DNA from: an uncultured Candidatus Actinomarina sp.
GTDB taxonomy: Bacteria; Actinomycetota; Acidimicrobiia; Actinomarinales; Actinomarinaceae
Direction: 5' to 3'
DNA length: 64,000 bases
NCBI GenBank assembly: GCA_902622665.1
Contig: CACNQV010000001.1
Coordinates: 123,719 to 187,718, forward strand
The notes below the pieces were generated by a model. The model did no database searches. It was not told the origin of the DNA and saw nothing but the letters and a program-made list of their open reading frames with translations. Each line of letters begins with the position of its first letter. The first letter of the stretch is position 1. The position numbers were made by a program, and so were the translations under genes. Shown here one piece after another: positions 29,483 to 37,472 of this stretch.

Positions 29483-30822
29483 TAATCATCCTTGTAACTT
29501 AAGCCATTTATTATTCTTGAAGCTATTTTTTTAGCATTGTTAATAATCTCTGAAGACTCTTGCTCATCAATTTCGTCTGAAATAACTTTTTGTTCTGTGA
29601 GGGGAATCGATTTTGGCAAAATACCAAACTTTTTATTTAAATTTTTTTTAAATTCTTTTTTGGTTAAATGTTCAAAAACAGTCTCATTAATAAAGCTTTC
29701 TAAATCGTCTATATCTAGACCTTCTAGTTCTGTAACTATAGATTCAATTGCTTCTAGTGAGTCTTCTTTAGTGGAGGGTTTTAGTTTATTAATACATTTT
29801 ATGATATTTAAATCTTCATATTCTAACTCCTCATTAAGACTTGTTAAGAGCTCTTCTTCTAAAATAAGGTTGTAATAGTCAGATTTTCCTTCTAATTCGA
29901 CTGTTATCATCAAAAACTTACCTGGGTTTTCATTCTGAATTGATTCAATTTTTTTGACAGTATTATTAACAATCTCACTTATGTCTTGATCTTTTTTGAC
30001 TTCTGTTACTGCTGTAAAAAACCTGGCATCATCTAATGGCTTAAATGTTAACTCTGGTTCAAAATTTTTTACTTCAACTAAATAACACCCTTTTCCATCT
30101 GAAATATCATTACAAGTTTCAGACGGTTTAGTGCTTAGCCCCTGTGGATTTCCAGGGTAGACAGCTAAATATGGATCTTGAATGAGAATTTCTCTTTTGT
30201 GGATATGTCCAAATGCCCAGTAATTATATTCACATTTATCCAACATAGCTTTATTTGTCGGAGCATAGTTATGTGTTTCATCAAACTTATATGTATTTTC
30301 ATAACTTGTATGAATTAAACCAATGTTGTAGAAATCTCTGAATGGTTTTGGAAACTTTTCTACAAGTTTTTCTGTTACTACTTTTTTTGGGTAGCTTTGA
30401 CCGTGGATAGCTACTTTAAAATTATCAATAGTAAAAGTATCTGCATTTTTAGCTGGAAATACATAGGTGTTTTCAGGTAATTTTTTTGCTTCAAAAGATG
30501 TTAATAAATCAGAATCAACATCATGGTTTCCTAAAACAATATATATGTCAATATTTAATTGGTCTAACTTTTTTAAAAAGTTTTTAAATTTTTTAAAATA
30601 ATTGTCACTAGAGGGCATATCGTCATCAAATGTATCCCCAGCGAGAAGAATGAAATCTGGTTGCTCTTCTTCAGCTAAAGCAACTAGGTTGTCGAGAACC
30701 TTAATAGGAGAACGTCTTACTCGAATTTCTTGGTCAGGATCCAAAAAGCTATATTTTTTTGTTATTTCTCGCCCTATGTGTAGGTCAGAAATGTGAATAA
30801 ATTTAAATTCTTTACCCGCCAT
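29482..30822 (-). CDS. sbcD: SbcD/Mre11-like metallophosphoesterase nuclease
   Basis: Calcineurin-like phosphoesterase motifs (HISDLHIG, LLAGDTFDD, LGNHD, GHIH); 1-nt overlap with sbcC. Confidence 0.85.
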   Translation of the reverse strand: MAGKEFKFIHISDLHIGREITKKYSFLDPDQEIRVRRSPIKVLDNLVALAEEEQPDFILLAGDTFDDDMPSSDNYFKKFKNFLKKLDQLNIDIYIVLGNHDVDSDLLTSFEAKKLPENTYVFPAKNADTFTIDNFKVAIHGQSYPKKVVTEKLVEKFPKPFRDFYNIGLIHTSYENTYKFDETHNYAPTNKAMLDKCEYNYWAFGHIHKREILIQDPYLAVYPGNPQGLSTKPSETCNDISDGKGCYLVEVKNFEPELTFKPLDDARFFTAVTEVKKDQDISEIVNNTVKKIESIQNENPGKFLMITVELEGKSDYYNLILEEELLTSLNEELEYEDLNIIKCINKLKPSTKEDSLEAIESIVTELEGLDIDDLESFINETVFEHLTKKEFKKNLNKKFGILPKSIPLTEQKVISDEIDEQESSEIINNAKKIASRIINGLSYKDD

Positions 30823-30889
30823 AAAGATATTGTAAAAAATATTTTATGGATAAACAATCTGTCTCACTAAATTCTTAAAATAAAACTGT

Positions 30890-31342
30890 ATGGTTAAGGT
30901 AGAAACAAGAATTCAACTAGCAATTAAAGAAATTCTTGTAGAAGAAACCTGGAAACATCTGAAATCAAATAATAATTTCGACAAGGTATTATCTATTGCC
31001 TCATTGATTGAACCTTTTGATGAGGGACCTGATGCATGTTATGAAGACTGTAAAGGTATGTGTTTTGGTTGTTACGATGGCTATAAATACTCTCTTGATT
31101 GGAGAGCAAGTTATAACCTTCGAGACAAAAAACCTTTTAGTTTAATAACAGATCACGAACTAGATATGTTGATTGAAGCAATAGATGACAAAGTACACAC
31201 ATGTGATGAGTGGTGTTCAGATTTTATCTGTTACAAATATAAAGCTACAAATTGTAAGACTTGGTACTGTGAGAACTTATTTCTTAAAGAAAAAAAGAAT
31301 ATTAAATACTGTTCTAGCTGTAGAGGGCTTGCTCATATCTAA
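30890..31342 (+). CDS. Cys-rich hypothetical protein (150 aa, ~14 Cys)
   Basis: CYEDCKGMCFGCYDGYKY...CDEWCSDFICYKYKATNCKTWYC...CSSCRG; probable metal-binding or disulfide-rich domain. Confidence 0.4.
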   Translation: MVKVETRIQLAIKEILVEETWKHLKSNNNFDKVLSIASLIEPFDEGPDACYEDCKGMCFGCYDGYKYSLDWRASYNLRDKKPFSLITDHELDMLIEAIDDKVHTCDEWCSDFICYKYKATNCKTWYCENLFLKEKKNIKYCSSCRGLAHI

Positions 31343-31417
31343 ATTAGACTTTTGTTAGCGAAGAAGGATATTTGCTTTCTAATGCAATTATTATTTGTGA
31401 TCCTATAAGTTTCATCC

Positions 31418-31939
31418 TCAATAATCCTTATCTCTTGGAGTAAGGGGTGCTCCGTATTGTCTATAAGGTGCTGCGTCTTCAATTCTTTTTTCACGAGCAA
31501 TTCTCTCTTTATTAGTTTCTTTTAGATTCGTATCCTTATAATTCTTGATTTTCTCAAACTCTAAATTAAAAAATTCTAATTTTTTACTAAGTTCATCTTT
31601 ATCAATTCTTAAGTCAACTTGTTCTCCCTGAATCTCGTCTAAAGTAAGCTCGATAAATTTTTTTAGTTTTCTAAGTAAGCGAAGAAATTTTCTATCTGTA
31701 GATGTTGTTTTAAGTTGCTCAATTTCAACTAACCTGTTTAAGAACTCATTTACAATTTTTTTTAAACTGGCTTCTTGAATAATTTCCATATCTGTCATGT
31801 TTTTTCCATGCTTGATAAGATTTTCATGTCTCTCAAAATTCTCTACAGATTGTTTTTCTCGAATTAATCTCTCTTTATCAGTTTCACGGATACCAGTTTC
31901 TAACCAGTTCTTCATTTTCTCTTTTTTATTTTCATCCAT
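31418..31939 (-). CDS. hypothetical charged coiled-coil protein (173 aa)
   Basis: K/E-rich heptad-like sequence; no motif recognised. Confidence 0.4.
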   Translation of the reverse strand: MDENKKEKMKNWLETGIRETDKERLIREKQSVENFERHENLIKHGKNMTDMEIIQEASLKKIVNEFLNRLVEIEQLKTTSTDRKFLRLLRKLKKFIELTLDEIQGEQVDLRIDKDELSKKLEFFNLEFEKIKNYKDTNLKETNKERIAREKRIEDAAPYRQYGAPLTPRDKDY

Positions 31940-31964
31940 AATTGCTGCCTATTAATATTTAATT

Positions 31965-32276
31965 ATGGTCATGAAAAGTAAAACAAAAAAGTTAAAAATA
32001 GAATTTAAAAATATTGAGACAGATCTTTTAAAAATTAACAAAAGTATCTCTGATCTGTACCAAAAAATAGACCATCTTGATGAAGATGAGCTTAGAGATG
32101 AAATAAAGAACCTATTTGAATCCTCTGAAATTAATATTGTTAACGAACATGAAGGCTTTGATAATTGTTTTGTAACAACTGTCGGTACTGAAAATAAAGT
32201 TAATAGGCCTGCTTTTGTTGATAAATACGGCAACTGTCTTGTACAGGGCTATAGAGAAATTACAAAAAAAGGGTAA
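31965..32276 (+). CDS. hypothetical protein (103 aa) upstream of the Hsp70-like gene
   Basis: Ends 5 nt before the Hsp70-like start; probably co-transcribed. Confidence 0.35.
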   Translation: MVMKSKTKKLKIEFKNIETDLLKINKSISDLYQKIDHLDEDELRDEIKNLFESSEINIVNEHEGFDNCFVTTVGTENKVNRPAFVDKYGNCLVQGYREITKKG

Positions 32277-32281
32277 ATTCA

Positions 32282-34531
32282 ATGGGAAAACAGGCTTTAG
32301 GGTTTGATTTTGGAACCTCCAACTGTACGGTGTCGATTTTTGATTCTGATAAAGGGATAGTTGAAACACTACCTATATCGAATTATTCAGAGTCAAAAAA
32401 AAGAAGCCTGGCAAATCAATCTTTATTCCCCTCAAAAGTCGGTCTCAATGATGATTTTGAATATGTATTTGGTGATGATACAAAAAATTGTGAGAGAGAC
32501 TTTGTGTGGGACAACTCTAAAAGACTGTTAGAACATAACACCCCAATTTATAGAGGAGGAGTTCACAAAAAACCTGTCTGGGTTGCAATAGGCATAATGG
32601 GTGGAGTATATAAAGAACTAAAAAATCTATCTATCAAAACATCTTCACCCATGGTAATTACAGTTCCAGCTAACTCTTACAGTACACAGAGAAGTCTCAC
32701 GAGATTGGCTGCAGAGTCATATAATTTTAATGTAGATCAATTAGTATCTGAGCCATGCGCTGCAGCATTAGGTTGCTATAAGAACATAGTAAATTTAAAA
32801 AATATTTTAATAGTTGATGTAGGCGGTGGCACAACAGATATAGCATTAATAGAAAATGATTTTGGTACGTTAAAAGAGATAGCAATTGAGGGCTTGAAGA
32901 GATTTGGCGGTATAAATATTGATCAAAAATTATATGAGGCGTATAAAGAAGAGTTTGAATTATCTACTGATTCAGAGAAATTACTTTTTAGAGATTTGCT
33001 TGAAGATGTAAAAATAGAGCTGTCATCCAAAAAGAAATCCAAATTAATTTTTAAAGACAACGTAATAGACATCACAAGAGAAAACCTTGAAAAATTAATT
33101 AAAAAAGATATTGAAAGTTTAGATAAAACTATTGATAAGGTTTTGAAAAAAGGTAAGGTCGAGTTAAAAAACGTAGAAGCTGTTTTACCTATTGGAGGCT
33201 CATCTAATATTCCTGCAGTAAGAGAGCTTTTGAAAAAAAAGTTTAAATCAAAATTAATAAATCTTGATTTTGATGAGGCAATTACTGCAGTTGCTAAAGG
33301 TGCAGCAATAGCTTCCGCTATAAACACAGGAATTATTAAAGATCTTAACTTTCAACAGTGTCTGGAGCATAGTGTTGGTCTCAGGGTCTGGAGTGGCACT
33401 AAAGAAAATAAAATTTTTAAAACAATGTTAAAAAAAGGTTCTATATTTCCAGCGTCTGCAGTAGAAACTTTTATATCAGATACAGATGAATCTATAGTTG
33501 CTTTATATGAAAGTACTTCAGGCAAGTTAAAAAACAACGATACAAAATTAATTATTGAAAAAAGAATTAAAACTGGCGTTATGCATGTTGATGTTGAGCT
33601 CACTTATGATGATGATGGAAAAATAGATATAAAAACATACAACATTAATAAAAATGAGCGAGGAAAGTTAGGAGATTTAGGAGATAGTAGTAAAGACTCT
33701 GAAGGATACATCAAAAATTTACAAGATAAATCTCGTGAACAAGGAATGGACTTAAAGATAGATAGTATCAAATATATTGATTCACAATTAAATCAAAAAA
33801 AATTAAAAGAATGGTCAAACGAATTCCTGGGGAAATATAAAAAATATAAAAAAGTATCTGAGAAGGTAAAAAATATATTTAAAAAAGAAGCAAAGGATGA
33901 ATTTATTTCTATTAATAATGAGGAGCTCTCCAATGTAGTTGTTGAAGATAGTCCTGATATGGAGTTTGGAAGTACAAACGATGCATTTATGTATGCTGAA
34001 GGTGTTTTAAAACGCACCTTAAGACTTGTTTTTACGTATGCAGGGTATGAAAAAATACATCATTTTAGAGGTATTCATGACTTGTTAAGTGAGCGTGATG
34101 TAATCTACAAAACAAGAGAAAGGTTATTTCCAGAGCAGCCATTAGACGACAAAAGATGGTTAATTAAAGTACTTCTGAAGTCAAGATATCTAAAAAATCT
34201 AGGACATACAAATACTGATGAGGTTAAGGGCCACCTTAACTCTTTAAGAACGATTCTTAATAAATTTAGCCATGGAGTCAGATCTAGTTTTTTTTCAGAT
34301 GTATTTAATGACTCTTTAGATGAATATGACTCACTAATTGAAAGCAATATATTAGAAGAGGTATACAAAGAATCAAAATATACAGCACAAGATGTTGGTT
34401 TCCTTTCTTCAAATATAGTTTCGTTAATCTCTTCTTTAATTAACACAAAAGTATACACAGGACAAGAGAGAGACGATCTAATACAAATGCTAGAAAGTAT
34501 GCATACTTTAGTACAAACATATAAAGAGTAA
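32282..34531 (+). CDS. divergent Hsp70/actin-fold ATPase with long C-terminal extension (749 aa)
   Basis: Phosphate-1 motif LGFDFGTSNCTVS (cf. DnaK IDLGTTNS), phosphate-2 VVDVGGGTTDIALIE (cf. DLGGGTFD), adenosine motif LPIGGSSNIPAVRE. The last ~330 aa are unrelated to the DnaK substrate-binding domain. Confidence 0.7.
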   Translation: MGKQALGFDFGTSNCTVSIFDSDKGIVETLPISNYSESKKRSLANQSLFPSKVGLNDDFEYVFGDDTKNCERDFVWDNSKRLLEHNTPIYRGGVHKKPVWVAIGIMGGVYKELKNLSIKTSSPMVITVPANSYSTQRSLTRLAAESYNFNVDQLVSEPCAAALGCYKNIVNLKNILIVDVGGGTTDIALIENDFGTLKEIAIEGLKRFGGINIDQKLYEAYKEEFELSTDSEKLLFRDLLEDVKIELSSKKKSKLIFKDNVIDITRENLEKLIKKDIESLDKTIDKVLKKGKVELKNVEAVLPIGGSSNIPAVRELLKKKFKSKLINLDFDEAITAVAKGAAIASAINTGIIKDLNFQQCLEHSVGLRVWSGTKENKIFKTMLKKGSIFPASAVETFISDTDESIVALYESTSGKLKNNDTKLIIEKRIKTGVMHVDVELTYDDDGKIDIKTYNINKNERGKLGDLGDSSKDSEGYIKNLQDKSREQGMDLKIDSIKYIDSQLNQKKLKEWSNEFLGKYKKYKKVSEKVKNIFKKEAKDEFISINNEELSNVVVEDSPDMEFGSTNDAFMYAEGVLKRTLRLVFTYAGYEKIHHFRGIHDLLSERDVIYKTRERLFPEQPLDDKRWLIKVLLKSRYLKNLGHTNTDEVKGHLNSLRTILNKFSHGVRSSFFSDVFNDSLDEYDSLIESNILEEVYKESKYTAQDVGFLSSNIVSLISSLINTKVYTGQERDDLIQMLESMHTLVQTYKE

Positions 34532-34535
34532 AAAA

Positions 34536-35321
34536 ATGATTTTCAAAAAGAGAAAGATTGAAAACCTTAAATTATCTCAAAAGGAAGAAATAAATAATTT
34601 AAAAAATGAGCACATCAAATTTAAAAAAAAGCTACTTGATGATTTTGATAAAGAATCAAAAGAATTAGATATAAGATTAAAAGCAGGTATCAAAGATAAA
34701 AAAACATTACAGAAAAAAGAAATAGATCAAATTATAAAATTGCATAACGAAACTGTTAAAGAACTATCTAGTAAAAACGCAGAGGAATTGGAAAAAAAGA
34801 AATCTATATATAGAAAGAAATTAGAAGATTGGAAAGTTAAAGCTGATAAACATTTGCAAAATGAAATCGATAAATACAAAAAAAACTTAGAAAAAAAGCA
34901 AAAGAAGAAAGAAGAGCTTGAAAAACTAGAGATAGAAAAGAAAATGAAGAAAGAAATCTCTTCATTTCTAGAAAAGTTTGAGAAACAAAAACAGAGTGAA
35001 GTAAAAAAACTAGAAAAAAAGTACCAAGATACCGAACTCCTCACAAAGCAATTACAAAAATATTTCTCCGACTTTTTGGGAAAAGAATATAGTGATGTTT
35101 CTTTTAAAGAACTTGAAAAAATATTAAAAAACGAACTAGAAGAACTTGTTAATGAGATTGATGAGGTTAAAAAAGAGATAGAAAATAAGAATGAGTTAGT
35201 TAAAGAATTTAATGAATTTGCTAAAGAAATGGATTATTTACATGAAGAAATAGTAGATAAAAAGAATGAACTTTATGAACTAAAACAAGCAATTAGGAAA
35301 TTAAAGAAAGATGATTATTGA
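34536..35321 (+). CDS. K/E-rich coiled-coil protein (261 aa)
   Basis: Almost entirely KEELEK-type heptads; starts 5 nt after the Hsp70-like stop. Confidence 0.5.
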   Translation: MIFKKRKIENLKLSQKEEINNLKNEHIKFKKKLLDDFDKESKELDIRLKAGIKDKKTLQKKEIDQIIKLHNETVKELSSKNAEELEKKKSIYRKKLEDWKVKADKHLQNEIDKYKKNLEKKQKKKEELEKLEIEKKMKKEISSFLEKFEKQKQSEVKKLEKKYQDTELLTKQLQKYFSDFLGKEYSDVSFKELEKILKNELEELVNEIDEVKKEIENKNELVKEFNEFAKEMDYLHEEIVDKKNELYELKQAIRKLKKDDY

Positions 35322-35401
35322 ATCAACTCTGTTTTTGCTTTTTAAAATAATTCACAATTTCCTTATATCTATAATTTAAGATATAGGAAAAATTAATGAA
35401 A

Positions 35402-36670
35402 CTAAATATCATTTATGAAAGTATCTTGAAAGCTTTGTCTGTTTACTAATTCCACTACACCACTACTGGTAACTGCAACTACTCCAGATTTAGGTACTCG
35501 GTTATAGTTACTTGCCATAGCAAATGTATAAGCACCGGTAGAAGTAGACATTAAAATATCTCCAGACACAGTATCACTTGGTAGCATTGCATCTTTGACT
35601 AATAAATCTCCACTTTCACAGTGTCTACCAGAGACTGCATGCACAACATCTTCTCCAGCTTTTCCACCAGAGATATTAAAAAGTTTATGCTCACTTCCAT
35701 ACAGTGCTGGCCTTGGGTTATCTGACATACCACCATCAACCAAAATATATGGTTTCTCACCCCGGTCATCTTTAATGGCCCCAGCCGTATATAAAATGAC
35801 TCCTGGATTATTTACAAGTGCTCTTCCTGGTTCGATCATTACTTTATAAGACCCACTCCAGTGTTCTTTAATCCCTTCATGAATTGCATCAGCATATACT
35901 TTTAATTCATGATCGACTTCATCACCTGCATAAGGTGAAAAGAATCCACCACCAGCATCAAAAACTATTTCTCTCTCTACACTTGCTGGATGAGCATTGA
36001 CAAAATCTGCACACTCGCTCATTGCTTTTTTGTAACGATCTGGGTCTTTAATCTGACTTCCGATATGAACATGTACTCCTGAAAAAAGTAGATGAGGAGA
36101 GTTATAAATTTGTTGTAATGCCTCTTCAGCAAAGCCAATAGAGATACCAAACTGTTGGTCGTATCCTGAAGTTAATACCATTGGATGCGTTTCTGCTCCA
36201 ACATCTAAATTTATACGCATAATAACTGGTTGTTTTCTGTCTAATTTACTTGCAACCTGTTCTAACATAGGAATCTCAAAACGATTATCTACCGAGATAT
36301 GGCCACCATTATGTTGCATAAAGAACTCAATCTCATCTTTATGTTTAAACGTTCCATTAAATAATGAGTTTTCTAAAGTACCAGTAACAGCTTGTACTGT
36401 TGCCATTTCTCCACCTGAGACAACATCTACTCCCCAGCCCTTTTCTTCTAGCTCTTTGACTAATGCTTTACAGATAAATGCTTTGGCTGCGTACCTAAAG
36501 TAAGTCTCTTCACCAAACGCATTCGAGAAGTGATCAATATTATCTCGCAGGTGTTCCCAGTCATAGACATATAGGGGAGTACCAAACTCTTTAGCAACAT
36601 CAAGCAGTGAAGTCTCTCCTATAAAAGCTACTCCATCTTTAAATTCGAGATTAGATGGTAAATAATTCAT
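35402..36670 (-). CDS. lysA: PLP-dependent decarboxylase, Orn/DAP/Arg family (diaminopimelate decarboxylase-like)
   Basis: PLP-lysine region FRYAAKAF; GGG motif; HCESGD near the C-terminus; 422 aa. Confidence 0.65.
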   Translation of the reverse strand: MNYLPSNLEFKDGVAFIGETSLLDVAKEFGTPLYVYDWEHLRDNIDHFSNAFGEETYFRYAAKAFICKALVKELEEKGWGVDVVSGGEMATVQAVTGTLENSLFNGTFKHKDEIEFFMQHNGGHISVDNRFEIPMLEQVASKLDRKQPVIMRINLDVGAETHPMVLTSGYDQQFGISIGFAEEALQQIYNSPHLLFSGVHVHIGSQIKDPDRYKKAMSECADFVNAHPASVEREIVFDAGGGFFSPYAGDEVDHELKVYADAIHEGIKEHWSGSYKVMIEPGRALVNNPGVILYTAGAIKDDRGEKPYILVDGGMSDNPRPALYGSEHKLFNISGGKAGEDVVHAVSGRHCESGDLLVKDAMLPSDTVSGDILMSTSTGAYTFAMASNYNRVPKSGVVAVTSSGVVELVNRQSFQDTFINDI

Positions 36671-37434
36671 TTTTTTAAACGACGTTTAATCCAAGCAATG
36701 TCTTTCTTCTGAGCTTCAAGCCCTCCCGGTGTTTCAACAACAATATCTGTTTTGCAGTTTTTAATAACATACTCAAGTTCAGCTTTAGGAATTTGGCCTT
36801 TACCAAGGTTCTCATGACGATCTCTAGAACTCTCAAAACCATCTTTGGAATCATTGAAATGAACTAAGTCTATTTTTTTGACGAGCTTTTGAAATCCTTT
36901 TACAGCCTTTTCAGTTGGAATACCACCAGCCCACGTATGACAGGTATCTAAACAAAGTCCAACATTTAAATGCCCAATTACCTCCCACAGTCTCTCGATA
37001 GAATCCATATATCTAGCAACTGAGTTTTTTCCACCAGCAGTATTTTCAACTAAGACTCTCATACCTGTATCTTCTACATGTTCTATTGCTTTTCTCCAAT
37101 TATTGTAGCCAACACCAATGTCGCCTCCCTCACCAACTGATCCTCCATGAACAATCACACCTTTTGCTCCAAAACTTGCAGCAACTTTACAAGTATCTTT
37201 TAACAATTTTCTACTCGGATGTCTCACTTTATTATTTGGTGTTGCAACATTAATTAAATACGGCGCATGGACATAAATTGGTCCATCGTAGTCTTGTAAA
37301 ATATCAACATCTTCTCGAGGTTTTGGGCTTTTCCACATCTGAGGACTAGAGATAAAGATCTGAAAAGTATCACCTTTTCGTTGTTTTATCTCATCAACTG
37401 CATTTTTTGAAGGTATATGTGCACCAATATTCAT
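36667..37434 (-). CDS. nfo: endonuclease IV (AP endonuclease family 2)
   Basis: HAPYLINVAT, VLVENTAG and HFNDSKDGFESSRDRHENLGKGQI match Nfo signatures; 4-nt overlap with lysA. Confidence 0.75.
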   Translation of the reverse strand: MNIGAHIPSKNAVDEIKQRKGDTFQIFISSPQMWKSPKPREDVDILQDYDGPIYVHAPYLINVATPNNKVRHPSRKLLKDTCKVAASFGAKGVIVHGGSVGEGGDIGVGYNNWRKAIEHVEDTGMRVLVENTAGGKNSVARYMDSIERLWEVIGHLNVGLCLDTCHTWAGGIPTEKAVKGFQKLVKKIDLVHFNDSKDGFESSRDRHENLGKGQIPKAELEYVIKNCKTDIVVETPGGLEAQKKDIAWIKRRLKK

Positions 37435-37472
37435 GGGTTAATTATAAAAGCATTCACTTAATAAGAAATTGA

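Noticed and set aside
32282-34531. Annotation as the canonical chaperone DnaK
   Set aside because: The motifs are Hsp70-fold but strongly divergent. The C-terminal 330 aa show no substrate-binding-domain or EEVD features, and no grpE/dnaJ neighbours are present.
9900-35330. Mobile element or prophage borders (integrase, transposase, tRNA attachment site, long direct repeats) for the accessory island
   Set aside because: No integrase/transposase-like ORF, tRNA gene or obvious flanking direct repeats were found by eye. The island appears to be a chromosomal variable region rather than a recognisable integrative element.
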